Part shown: positions 50,359 through 59,592 of the stretch, piece by piece | Numbering within the stretch: the stretch's first letter is position 1 | Layout: the number at the start of each line of letters is the position of its first letter | Assembly (NCBI GenBank): GCA_964552045.1 | Contig: CAZKFF010000007.1 | Span: 3,949-67,948, forward strand | Origin: an uncultured Candidatus Saccharibacteria bacterium | Lineage (GTDB): Bacteria > Patescibacteriota > Minisyncoccia > Phycocordibacterales > UBA918 | Direction: 5' to 3' | DNA: 64,000 bases | Made by a program: the position numbers and the translations under genes | The notes under the pieces: generated by a model | What the model saw: the letters and a program-made list of their open reading frames with translations, nothing else | Told to the model about the DNA's origin: nothing | Database searches by the model: none

Positions 50359-52770
50359 TTACCGCTGCAGCGGGCTGAGATTCCCCCAGCTGTCGCCCAC
50401 TCCGACGCTCGCTTCGATCGGTACGTCGTTTGCGGACATATCCTTCAGCACGCCCTCCATGATCTTCCGTATCTGTGCAATGTGCTTGTCACGATTTTTT
50501 TCTGCGATCTCGAACACGAGCTCGTCGTGCACCTGCAGGAGCATATGCACCTCGTCCTCGAGCTTCTCCTTTTTGATGTATGCGTACACTTCGTTCATCG
50601 CAATACGCATGATGTCTGCTGCGGTTCCCTGTACGGGCGCATTGATAGCCATGCGCTCAGCCTGTGCGCGGATGAACGGAGCCGATGAGCGGATGCCCGG
50701 GAAATGACGCTTTCTTCCGAAGAGCGTCTGTGTGTAGCCGCGATTGCGCGCAAAGGTCTTGATCTCTTCGAGATATTCCGCAAGCCGCGTGAACGTATTG
50801 AAGTAGGCGTTGAGGAATTCCTGTGCCTCTTCGCGCGACGTGCCCTCCCCGAGGTTCGCGCGCAGCGCGGTGACTCCCATGCCGTAGAGAATGCCAAAAT
50901 TGATGACCTTCGCTTTCCTTCGCATGTCCTTGGTCACCGCATCTTCGGGAACGCCGAACACACGCGAGGCAACGCCGCTATGGACGTCCTCCCCGTTTCT
51001 GAAGATCTCGATAAGCTTCGCATCGCCCGAGAGGACAGCAGCTATGCGCAGCTCTATCTGTGAGTAGTCGATGGAGACGATGTCATATCCATCTTCCGCA
51101 ATAAACGCGTTGCGTATGGCGCGGCCTTCTTCGGTGCGGATCGGAATGTTCTGCAGCCCCGGGTCTTTGGAGGCCATGCGTCCGGTCACCGCACCCGTTT
51201 GAAGGAATGTCGTACGGATACGGCCGTCCTTACCCACCATCGTGGGCAGGTTATCTATATATGTGGAGAGGAGTTTTTGCAGTTCGCGGTAACGCAGTAT
51301 CGCGTCTATGATCTCATGATCATCCCTCATCTTCTCGAGCTCCGACTCACGCGTTGAGCGCTGCCCGCCTGCGGTCTTCTTTTGCTGCTTGGGCTTTAAT
51401 CCGAGCGTATCGTACAGAATATCTCCCATCTGCTTGGGCGAGTTGATGTTGAACTCCGTGCCTGCAAGCGCATAGATCTGTGTCTGCAGCGCATCAAGCT
51501 CCGTGTGCATTTTCTTCGAAAGCTTCTGCAGGTAGCGCGTGTCGAGCCGGATGCCGAGCGCATTCATATAGGAAAGGACGTCCATGAGCGGAACCTCTAT
51601 CTCCTGATAAAGCTGCATGAGATCCTGTGCCTGCAGTTCCTGTCTGAACCGCTCGACGATGGCAGCAAAATCAGTGGTGTCGTAATATGACCGGCCATAG
51701 TCGATGATGTCGTCATACGATGCGTTGGTGCGGTCGGATTCCAAAAGCCACAGCATGACGCTCGCCTCGTGCACCTGTCTGTTGTCGATCCCGCTTTCCT
51801 TCTGGTCGACGGCAACTTCATCAGCAACCTCGAACAGATACTTGATACGGGACGTGAGCGTCCGGAAACCGAGCGCAGTGAACAGAGAAAGCAGTTTCTC
51901 GACATCAACCGCTTCCTTCCAGTGCACTGTCGGCGCTGTATACGTGATGGGTGCATCAGTGCGTATGACTGCGATCATCTTCGAGAACTCAGCCTCTTCC
52001 TTATTTTCCTTCAGCAGATTGATGATGCGCGGCTTGATACCGATATCGAGGAGCTTCTGTTCGCCTTTCGCTCCTTTTCCCAGAGTCGCATAGAGCTTTT
52101 CAATGGTGCCGAACTCTCTGATGAGCTCGGTTGCTGTCTTCTCCCCGATGCCCGCGATACCGGGGATATTGTCGGAGGGGTCTCCCCGCAGCCCTTTATA
52201 GTCCGGAACGGATTTGGGCCCAAATCCATAGCGTTCCACAACCGCCTTCTCGTCATAGAGAACCGTATCCTTGATGCCTTTGCGGAGCGTATATACCTGT
52301 ACGCGCTTCTTGTCGATGCACTGCATAGTGTCCATATCGCCTGAGGCGATTATGACCGTGAGGTCTTTCTGCCCCTTTGTCTGATGTGCGATAGTGCCGA
52401 GCATGTCGTCTGCTTCGAACCCGACGTGCTCATATATAGGTATGCCCATAGCTTCAAAAATATCCCGCGAGCGCTCTATCTGCACTACCAGGCCGTCGTC
52501 TGTTTTTTTGCGGCCGCTCTTGTATTCCTTGAAGACCTCATGCCGGTACGTCGGCTCAGGCAGGTCATAGCAGGCTGTGATGTAGTCGGGCTTCAGTTCC
52601 TCGATGATCTTCAGCAGCATGGCGACCACACCGTAAAGTGCACCGGTAGGCTCGCCTGAAGGCGAGGAGAAATCCGGGAGCGCATGGAATGCCCGATGAA
52701 GGATCGCGTGCGCATCAAGAAGCACCAGTGTCTTTCCGTTGTCTTTTTCTGTTGCAGTCTTTTTAGGCAT
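50359..52770 (-). CDS. polA: DNA polymerase I (5'-3' exonuclease plus polymerase domains)
   Basis: 5' nuclease N-terminus LVLLDAHAILHRAFHAL..., polymerase motifs DYSQIELR, RRKAKVINFGILYG, QVHDELVFE. Start at internal ATG (MPKKTATE...). Confidence 0.9.
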   Translation of the reverse strand: MPKKTATEKDNGKTLVLLDAHAILHRAFHALPDFSSPSGEPTGALYGVVAMLLKIIEELKPDYITACYDLPEPTYRHEVFKEYKSGRKKTDDGLVVQIERSRDIFEAMGIPIYEHVGFEADDMLGTIAHQTKGQKDLTVIIASGDMDTMQCIDKKRVQVYTLRKGIKDTVLYDEKAVVERYGFGPKSVPDYKGLRGDPSDNIPGIAGIGEKTATELIREFGTIEKLYATLGKGAKGEQKLLDIGIKPRIINLLKENKEEAEFSKMIAVIRTDAPITYTAPTVHWKEAVDVEKLLSLFTALGFRTLTSRIKYLFEVADEVAVDQKESGIDNRQVHEASVMLWLLESDRTNASYDDIIDYGRSYYDTTDFAAIVERFRQELQAQDLMQLYQEIEVPLMDVLSYMNALGIRLDTRYLQKLSKKMHTELDALQTQIYALAGTEFNINSPKQMGDILYDTLGLKPKQQKKTAGGQRSTRESELEKMRDDHEIIDAILRYRELQKLLSTYIDNLPTMVGKDGRIRTTFLQTGAVTGRMASKDPGLQNIPIRTEEGRAIRNAFIAEDGYDIVSIDYSQIELRIAAVLSGDAKLIEIFRNGEDVHSGVASRVFGVPEDAVTKDMRRKAKVINFGILYGMGVTALRANLGEGTSREEAQEFLNAYFNTFTRLAEYLEEIKTFARNRGYTQTLFGRKRHFPGIRSSAPFIRAQAERMAINAPVQGTAADIMRIAMNEVYAYIKKEKLEDEVHMLLQVHDELVFEIAEKNRDKHIAQIRKIMEGVLKDMSANDVPIEASVGVGDSWGNLSPLQR

Positions 52771-52772
52771 GG

Positions 52773-53225
52773 TTACGAAATGGTTATGCTGCGGACATCC
52801 GCATCCTTGATCTCCAGGCGCAGAAAGACCGTGTGTGCGGGCAGAAGCGCCTGTATATGCTCCGCCCACTCAATGCAGATAAGCGTCCCCGCGTCGGACA
52901 GCAGTTCTTGAAAGCGTAGCGGCCGCATCTCATCAATATCCTCAATGCGGTACGCATCAATATGCACCAGCTTCTCATAGGGCCCTTGTGTGCATGCGTA
53001 TGACTTCAGGATGACGAACGTCGGACTCGTTACGTCCTCCTGTACGCCGAGTGCGAAGGCAAGCGCTTTCGTGAAAGCAGTCTTCCCCGCTCCGAGGTTC
53101 CCGGAAAGCCCAAGAACAGCCGCAGCACTGTGCGGAGTTTGCTCCGCAAGCCTGCGGAGAGCTGTGTGTGCGGCGATACTGAGTTCTGATTCCTTTCTGA
53201 TTTCCAGCTGTTCCATAGGATGCAT
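52773..53225 (-). CDS. tsaE: tRNA threonylcarbamoyladenosine biosynthesis protein TsaE
   Basis: P-loop GNLGAGKTAFTKALAFALGV, SPTFVI and HIDAYRI motifs. Confidence 0.75.
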   Translation of the reverse strand: MHPMEQLEIRKESELSIAAHTALRRLAEQTPHSAAAVLGLSGNLGAGKTAFTKALAFALGVQEDVTSPTFVILKSYACTQGPYEKLVHIDAYRIEDIDEMRPLRFQELLSDAGTLICIEWAEHIQALLPAHTVFLRLEIKDADVRSITIS

Positions 53226-53254
53226 TCTACCACTGATGCTACAATTACCCATAT

Positions 53255-54991
53255 ATGCCCCAGTTCGATGACACATTCGCCGAAGGACGCATGGACGAGA
53301 TCCGCCGCAAGGAAGAGGAGCACCTCATCAGCGCGCTCGCGTCCCAAAACGGCTACGGCTATATCGACCTGCGCGGGGTCACCATCAACCCCTCAGCGCT
53401 TCTAATCATTCCCGAAGAAGAAGCGCGGGAAGGCGGCATTGTCGCGTTCGAGACGGTCCGCAAGCGCATCTCCGTTGCGGTGCGAAACCCCAACAAAGCA
53501 GAGACGAAGGCCGCGATCGGCAATCTTCAGGAGCGCGGCTACACCGTTACCGTTTTTATGACCCCGACTGCAAGCCTTGAGCACGGCTGGGAACGCTACA
53601 GCGACCAGAAGAATACGTCAGCAGTAGTGCACGGCGTGATGGACATCAATGCGGAGAACATAACCGCACAGATACAGAAATTCAAGACGCCCGAATCGGT
53701 TGCGGAACACATCGAGCAGACGCGCACGCTCAATAATGTGCGCCGCGTCTCTGAAACGCTCGAGTCGATCTTCGCAGGCGCGATCGCACTTGGCGCATCG
53801 GACATCCATATCGAGCCGGAGCAAACGGGCGTGCGACTGCGCTACCGCCTCGACGGCGTTCTGCACGACGTCATGGATTTAGAGCGCGATCTGTATGCGC
53901 GGCTGATGTCCCGCCTGAAATTGCTCTCAGGGATGATTCTCAACCGCAAAGACGAGGCACAGGATGGGCGCTTCACCTTCACTACAAGCGACAAAGAGGT
54001 CGAGGTACGTTCGTCGATCATTCCCGGAGCTTCAGGAGAAGCCATGGTCATGCGTCTGCTCGACCCGACAGTGGCGAGCTTCAATCTCGAACAGCTCGGA
54101 CTCAACGAGATCCTGTACGGGATCATGATCGAAGAGATCAAGCGCCCCAACGGGCTTATCGTCACCACCGGTCCCACCGGTTCCGGAAAGACTACTGCGC
54201 TGTACGCCTTCCTGCGCAAAGCGCATACGCCGGAGGTGAAGATCATCACGATCGAAAACCCGGTTGAATACAAAATAGACGACATCGTGCAGACGCAGGT
54301 GAGCGATGATTACACCTTTGAATCCGGACTACGGGCGATACTGCGTCAGGATCCTGACATCATCATGGTCGGCGAGATCCGCGACCGTGAGGTCGCCGAA
54401 ACCGCGATCCATGCGGCGCAGACCGGGCATCTCGTCTTCACCACGCTTCACACCAACAGCGCGGTGGGCGCTTTCCCTCGCATGATCGATCTCGGCGTCG
54501 ATTACCGGATGATTGGCAGCTCGGTCAATATCGTGCTCGGCCAGCGCCTCGTGCGCGTTCTGTGCGAACACTGCAAGAAACAGCGCGAAGCAACCGTGCA
54601 GGAAGCGGAACAGATACGGAAGATACTCGCCACCCATCCGAAACCGCCCACTGTGCCCGATCCCATACAGCTGTTTGATGCGGTCGGCTGCGACAAATGC
54701 AACCACACAGGATTCAAAGGCAGGCAGGGAGTCTATGAGGCTATCCGCGTCGATGAAGCGGTCGAGGAAGCGGTCATCAACGATCCCCGCGAACATATCA
54801 TCCTGCAGGCGGCAATGAAGCAAGGTATACCAACCATGGCAGAGGACGGCGTTGAGAAAGTACTCCAAGGAAAGACATCATTCGCAGAACTGCAGCGCGT
54901 TGTCGACCTCGCCTCAGGACGGCATACGATCGGCACAGAAGCGGCAACAGACCCGCACACTGACGATGACTTCCTTTCGCACGTTGTGTGA
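53255..54991 (+). CDS. pilB: Type IV pilus assembly ATPase PilB / GspE family
   Basis: Walker A GPTGSGKTT, Asp/His boxes, C-terminal tetracysteine zinc motif CEHCKK...CDKCNHTG. Confidence 0.85.
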   Translation: MPQFDDTFAEGRMDEIRRKEEEHLISALASQNGYGYIDLRGVTINPSALLIIPEEEAREGGIVAFETVRKRISVAVRNPNKAETKAAIGNLQERGYTVTVFMTPTASLEHGWERYSDQKNTSAVVHGVMDINAENITAQIQKFKTPESVAEHIEQTRTLNNVRRVSETLESIFAGAIALGASDIHIEPEQTGVRLRYRLDGVLHDVMDLERDLYARLMSRLKLLSGMILNRKDEAQDGRFTFTTSDKEVEVRSSIIPGASGEAMVMRLLDPTVASFNLEQLGLNEILYGIMIEEIKRPNGLIVTTGPTGSGKTTALYAFLRKAHTPEVKIITIENPVEYKIDDIVQTQVSDDYTFESGLRAILRQDPDIIMVGEIRDREVAETAIHAAQTGHLVFTTLHTNSAVGAFPRMIDLGVDYRMIGSSVNIVLGQRLVRVLCEHCKKQREATVQEAEQIRKILATHPKPPTVPDPIQLFDAVGCDKCNHTGFKGRQGVYEAIRVDEAVEEAVINDPREHIILQAAMKQGIPTMAEDGVEKVLQGKTSFAELQRVVDLASGRHTIGTEAATDPHTDDDFLSHVV

Positions 54992-55008
54992 AAACTCCAT
55001 TTTCCAAA

Positions 55009-55040
55009 ATACGAAAACGTCCCTCGGTCAAGGGACGTTT
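55009..55040 (+). terminator. Rho-independent terminator after pilB
   Basis: gaaaacgtccctcggtcaagggacgttttcg hairpin followed by tatgcgtt. Confidence 0.55.
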
Positions 55041-55098
55041 TCGTATGCGTTATGCTATAGTCGCATCAGTTTGAAGAGAGCACTTCGACGTTCCAGTA

Positions 55099-55227
55099 TA
55101 TAACCCTCTAAGCAAGAACTTCAGGGATGAAGAGGTTACAGAACTAAGGGGTACCGCAGTGCTCTCACTCGAAGGTGAGTACCACCGTATCCTCGCAAAG
55201 CAACCTTTTGTTGTTTAGAGGGTTATA
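55099..55227. other. Inverted-repeat-flanked structured element (13-bp arms TATAACCCTCTAA / TTAGAGGGTTATA enclosing about 103 nt)
   Basis: Perfect 13-bp inverted repeat seen directly in the sequence. Interior contains a further hairpin (ctcac tcgaag gtgag). Lies in the 480-nt pilB-ruvB intergenic region. Confidence 0.3.
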
Positions 55228-55472
55228 GCTTGGAACACCAAAAACAAAACGCCGCGCATGAGGCGCATTTGGTTTTTGTATTCTCTGTGTGAGGATCAGC
55301 GCATCTCTGCGCGGGAACTGTATGTGCACAATACTAGCACAATATGAAGCATTGTCAAGTGAGCAAGCGAGCGTATGCGACTATTGCGAACTTCTGCCCC
55401 GATTTGCCCTATCCCGGGGTAAATCGCTGGGCCAAGCGTACTCTTGAATTTTCGTATACAATAGAACTACCT

Positions 55473-56468
55473 ATGAGCGACCTCTCCACACAAAAACAAG
55501 GCTTTACAAGGGAAAATGCCTCAAACCTCGACCAAACCCTGCGCCCACAGAGCTGGGAAGAGTATATCGGCCAGCCGAAAACGAAGGAGAATCTGCGCAT
55601 TCTGCTCACCGCAGCAAAGGAGCGCGGCCACGCCGCCGAGCACGTGCTCTTGTACGGTCCCCCAGGGCTCGGGAAAACCACGCTTGCCCACCTGATCTCC
55701 AAGACGCTCGGCACCAATATGCGCACAACCTCCGGGCCCGCTATAGAACGGGTGGGTGACCTCGCGGCCATACTCACCAATCTCTCGCCGGGAGATGTGC
55801 TCTTCATTGACGAGATACATCGACTTTCGAAATCCATCGAGGAAGTGCTCTACCCCGCAATGGAATCGGGCGTGCTCGACATCATCATCGGCAAGGGGCC
55901 GTCCGCGCGGACCGTCCAGCTTGAGCTTCCACCGTTCACACTCGTTGCCGCAACCACACGAATATCGCTTCTATCTGCACCTTTGCGCTCGCGGTTCTCA
56001 GGCGGCACATTCCGGCTTGAATTCTACAGCAATGAGGAGATAGCGGACATCCTCCACCGTTCGTCACACATCCTCGGTATTGAAGCAGACAACGGTATCA
56101 TGAACACCATCGCGTCCCGCTGCAGAGCCACGCCGCGCACTGCAAACTATCTCCTGAAGCGATGCCGGGATCTCGCCCAGCTTGAAGGCTCTGAACTGAA
56201 TCGAGACATCGTCGACCGCACGTTCACGCTTTTGGAGATCGATGCACTCGGACTCGGCAGCCCCGATAGAGCAGTGCTCGAGGTCATCATCAACAAGTTC
56301 AACGGTGGTCCGGTAGGACTCAATACCATCGCCGCAGCAACCGGCGAGGAGCAATCCACCATTGAAGATGTCATCGAGCCCTACCTCATCCGCCAAGGAC
56401 TGCTCGAGCGGACCCCTCGGGGTCGTATTGCAAGCGCGAGCGCCTACTCGCACATCCAGTACACATGA
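55473..56468 (+). CDS. ruvB: Holliday junction branch migration ATPase RuvB
   Basis: [12 protein letters not shown]..., Walker [10 protein letters not shown], sensor motifs. Start at internal ATG (MSDLSTQ...). Confidence 0.9.
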   Translation: MSDLSTQKQGFTRENASNLDQTLRPQSWEEYIGQPKTKENLRILLTAAKERGHAAEHVLLYGPPGLGKTTLAHLISKTLGTNMRTTSGPAIERVGDLAAILTNLSPGDVLFIDEIHRLSKSIEEVLYPAMESGVLDIIIGKGPSARTVQLELPPFTLVAATTRISLLSAPLRSRFSGGTFRLEFYSNEEIADILHRSSHILGIEADNGIMNTIASRCRATPRTANYLLKRCRDLAQLEGSELNRDIVDRTFTLLEIDALGLGSPDRAVLEVIINKFNGGPVGLNTIAAATGEEQSTIEDVIEPYLIRQGLLERTPRGRIASASAYSHIQYT

Positions 56469-56779
56469 ACAAAACAGATATCATCAACGAACACATCCGT
56501 GCCATTGACCGCTACTTCAGAGACACACGGCCGGGCCAGTCAGCGAACGAGCGATTGTTCTCCCGCATGGTCAAACTGACTGAAGAGGTTGGCGAAGTGA
56601 GTGAGGCGGTGCTCCAGGAAGCAGGCGAACAGCGGAACAGCAAAGAGCAGTGCGACCTCGATAGCGAACTTGCGGACGTACTCATCACTACCCTTCTTCT
56701 CGCAGCAACCCGTGAAGAAGATATCTGGGAGAACGCCATTGCGATACTTGAAAGATTTAGAAAGAACCATACTATATAG
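56465..56779 (+). CDS. MazG-like nucleotide pyrophosphohydrolase domain protein
   Basis: Small all-alpha protein with [11 protein letters not shown]...[13 protein letters not shown] pattern (EExxE...D metal site) of MazG/NTP-PPase. ATGA overlap with the ruvB stop. Confidence 0.55.
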   Translation: MNKTDIINEHIRAIDRYFRDTRPGQSANERLFSRMVKLTEEVGEVSEAVLQEAGEQRNSKEQCDLDSELADVLITTLLLAATREEDIWENAIAILERFRKNHTI

Positions 56780-56799
56780 AAGCCCAATAAAACAAAACT

Positions 56800-57339
56800 A
56801 TGTCAGGACATAATAAATGGTCAAAGATCAAGCACAAAAAAGCCGCCGGTGATGCAGCGAAAAGCAAGGTGTTCAGCAAACATGCTGCACTGATCGCAAT
56901 GGAATCGCGGAAGGCGAACGGCAACCTCGCGTCTGCGGGATTAGCCGCGGCAATTGACCGGGCGAAGAAGGATTCGATGCCTAAAGAGAATATCGACCGT
57001 GCAGTGGCAAAAGGCGCAGGCGGCGACGGTGCAAAACTCGAGGAGGTCACCTACGAGGCATTCGGACCGGGTGGCGTCGCAATGGTCATCACGGCAGTGA
57101 CCGACAACAACAACCGCACTGCGCCGGAGATCCGCCATATCTTCAGCAAAGCAGGGCTGCAGCTCGGCACCCCCGGCTCGGCATCATGGGCGTTCACCAA
57201 AACTGCAGAGGGATATACCCCAACAAGCCCCGTGGAACTTTCGGATGCCGATGGCGAGAAACTCGCGAATCTCATCGACGCGCTTGAGGAGAATGACGAC
57301 GTGCAGGACGTGTTTACCACCGCAGACAGCGCAGAATAG
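56800..57339 (+). CDS. yebC: YebC/PmpR family DNA-binding regulator (short form, 179 aa)
   Basis: MSGHNKWSKIKHKKAAGDAAKSKVFSK... and YEAFGPGGVAMVI..DNNNRTAPEIRH conserved YebC motifs. Classical position upstream of ruvC. Confidence 0.8.
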   Translation: MSGHNKWSKIKHKKAAGDAAKSKVFSKHAALIAMESRKANGNLASAGLAAAIDRAKKDSMPKENIDRAVAKGAGGDGAKLEEVTYEAFGPGGVAMVITAVTDNNNRTAPEIRHIFSKAGLQLGTPGSASWAFTKTAEGYTPTSPVELSDADGEKLANLIDALEENDDVQDVFTTADSAE

Positions 57340-57375
57340 AACAGACCGGCCTGAAGCCGGTCTGTTCTATTCTGC
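57340..57375 (+). terminator. Hairpin after yebC
   Basis: gaacagaccggcctgaagccggtctgttc followed by tattct. Confidence 0.45.
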
Positions 57376-57392
57376 GCTATAATGGCGCTACC

Positions 57393-57869
57393 ATGAGAGT
57401 ACTCGCGATTGATCCCGGATACGACCGCCTTGGGGTTGCCATACTTGAAAAAGAACACGGTGCGGAAGTGCTTCTCTATTCCGCCTGCATTGAGACGCAA
57501 CCCTCCGATGAACTTTCGGTGCGGCTCGTGCATATCGGAACGGAAATACAGAAGCTCATTGATACATATAAACCCAATGCACTGGGCATTGAGACGCTCT
57601 TTTTCAATGCCAACAGGACAACCGCCATCGGCGTCGCGCAGGCGCGCGGGGTCATCCTGTTCCTTGCGCGACAATCCGGCTGCGCCGTATATGAGTTCGG
57701 CCCCCAGGAAATAAAGGTTGCGGTGACCGGCTACGGGAAAAGCGACAAAAAAGCGGTCACCGATATGGTAAAACGGCTCGTACCAAGCGTAAAAGAGGAG
57801 GCTCATGACGATGAGTATGACGCTGTGGCGGTCGGCATAACCTGCCTTGCGCATTATCGAGGCGCTTAG
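57393..57869 (+). CDS. ruvC: Crossover junction endodeoxyribonuclease RuvC
   Basis: MRVLAIDPGYDRLGVAIL (catalytic Asp), ...GIETLFFN..., DAVAVGITCLAH. Confidence 0.9.
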   Translation: MRVLAIDPGYDRLGVAILEKEHGAEVLLYSACIETQPSDELSVRLVHIGTEIQKLIDTYKPNALGIETLFFNANRTTAIGVAQARGVILFLARQSGCAVYEFGPQEIKVAVTGYGKSDKKAVTDMVKRLVPSVKEEAHDDEYDAVAVGITCLAHYRGA

Positions 57870-57959
57870 TAAAATCTCTCTCCGAAACATGGCTCTGACA
57901 TGTTGCAAAAAGTGCAGACTTTGATACAACGTTAGTAATTAAATTTTAAGTGAGAACAT

Positions 57960-58223
57960 ATGAACCCAGAGGAGGAAGAAGAAATTGATGATGAGGAAGA
58001 TGCTTCGCTTGATGACGACCTTCTTGCCGAACTCGACCCCCTTGAAGACGATGCAGAGGATGACCCGCTCGCAGAAGGGTTCGGAGAAGTTCCCGACGAA
58101 GAGGAGAAGGCAATCGAGAAGGCTGCGCAAGAGACCGATGACAGCGATGATGAGGACGAAGACCTCGAGGAGGACGCTGAGGACGTGGATTACGACACCT
58201 TCGATGATGTCGATGAGTTTTAG
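57960..58223 (+). CDS. Highly acidic small protein (87 aa, about 50% Asp/Glu)
   Basis: MNPEEEEEIDDEEDASLDDDLLAELDPLEDDAEDDPLAEGF...; bounded by a strong shared terminator. Confidence 0.4.
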   Translation: MNPEEEEEIDDEEDASLDDDLLAELDPLEDDAEDDPLAEGFGEVPDEEEKAIEKAAQETDDSDDEDEDLEEDAEDVDYDTFDDVDEF

Positions 58224-58310
58224 GGAAATGTAGAGGGCGTCAGCGCGACAATATTTTTCTTATACAAACGTTTCGTATTTTCGATCTTTTGAAGAACATC
58301 TGTTAGCGTC

Positions 58311-58354
58311 TTGCCATAACAAAAGCACCGAGCGATCGCCCGGTGCTTTTGTTA
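58311..58354. terminator. Bidirectional terminator shared by the acidic-protein gene and tyrS
   Basis: ccataacaaaagcaccgagcgatcgcccggtgcttttgttatgg: 17-bp stem. Confidence 0.6.
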
Positions 58355-59533
58355 TGGCATAAGCCGCACGAACCGGCGTTTGCCAACCTTCAGTGTCACT
58401 GGCGCATCGACAGACTCCGGAAGCGCTGTAAGCTTCTCTCCGGTATGCGCGTCTTTCACTCCTCCCGCTTCGAGCAGGCGTCGTAATTCTGTCTTGGATG
58501 CGACGATCTGCAGTGCAAGCAGATGCTCAGTGTAGTCAGGACGGATCTCCGCAATATCTTCCGGTATCACGCCTTTCTGGAAAGTTTCGATAAACAGCTC
58601 CTGAGCATGCCGGGCCTCATCTGCACCATGGTAGAGAGAGACGATCTCAAACGCAAGACGCATCTTCGCATCCCGGGGATTGCCGCCGGAGTTGAGCGCG
58701 GATTCCAGTTCATGCACCTCCGCAAGCGGCACGCGGGTGCAGATAGTGAAATATGGCACGATCTCGCTGTCCTGCATGCTCATGACCTTTCCGTACATGT
58801 CCGCCGGTTCCGCAAGAAGATTGATGGTATTGCCCCAGCTTGAACTCATCTTCCGGCCGTCAGTGCCGTTGATCAAGGGATTCATGAGGATACTCTGCGG
58901 CTCCTGAAGAAAGTGCGGCTGCAGCGTTCGTCCCGCCAGCAGATTGAAGCGCTGATCGGTGCCGCCTATCTCGACATCAGCCTTGATAGCCACGCTGTCA
59001 TAACCCTGCATTAACGGATACAAGACTTCGCGGAGCGACACACGCTTGCCTGCATCAAGCCGGCGCTTGATATTGTCGCGCGCGATAAAGTCGGCAACCG
59101 AGAACAGATCAGCGTGCTCGCCTATCTCCCGGTACGTCAATCCTTCGAGCCATTCGGAGTTATGGTGGAACTCGACTGTATCGATATCAAGGACTTTCGC
59201 CACCTGCGCGTAGTAGTTCTGCTTGTTCTCATCAACAACTTCCTTGCTGAGCATGGGGCGCTCGCTGTCCTTGTCGGACGTATCGCCGATAACACTCGTG
59301 AAATCGCCGACAATGAAGACGATCTTATGCCCGAGTTCCTGGAAATCCCGCAGCTTCAAAAGCGGAATTGAACGGCCAATATGTATATTGGGACTTGTTG
59401 GGTCGATGCCGAGCTTGATACGCAGCTGCGTACCGCTTGAGAGTTTTTTCCGAAGATCATCAATGTGAATGACCTCCTCCACTCCGCGGGTCAGAAGCTC
59501 CTCTATCTTTTTGGGATCGGTATTCACGTCCAT
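58352..59533 (-). CDS. tyrS: Tyrosyl-tRNA synthetase
   Basis: Class I HIGH-region (PNIHIGRSIP), KMSKS variant (GRKMSSSWGN), C-terminal S4-like domain. Confidence 0.85.
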   Translation of the reverse strand: MDVNTDPKKIEELLTRGVEEVIHIDDLRKKLSSGTQLRIKLGIDPTSPNIHIGRSIPLLKLRDFQELGHKIVFIVGDFTSVIGDTSDKDSERPMLSKEVVDENKQNYYAQVAKVLDIDTVEFHHNSEWLEGLTYREIGEHADLFSVADFIARDNIKRRLDAGKRVSLREVLYPLMQGYDSVAIKADVEIGGTDQRFNLLAGRTLQPHFLQEPQSILMNPLINGTDGRKMSSSWGNTINLLAEPADMYGKVMSMQDSEIVPYFTICTRVPLAEVHELESALNSGGNPRDAKMRLAFEIVSLYHGADEARHAQELFIETFQKGVIPEDIAEIRPDYTEHLLALQIVASKTELRRLLEAGGVKDAHTGEKLTALPESVDAPVTLKVGKRRFVRLMP

Positions 59534-59592
59534 ATGCAGATAACTCTAGCATATCACTCTGTTGTATCTATATATGGACAAAACGTGCTAAT

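Noticed and set aside
57051-57929. 292-aa minus-strand ORF spanning yebC and ruvC
   Set aside because: Antisense to two well-supported conserved genes and crosses their intergenic terminator.
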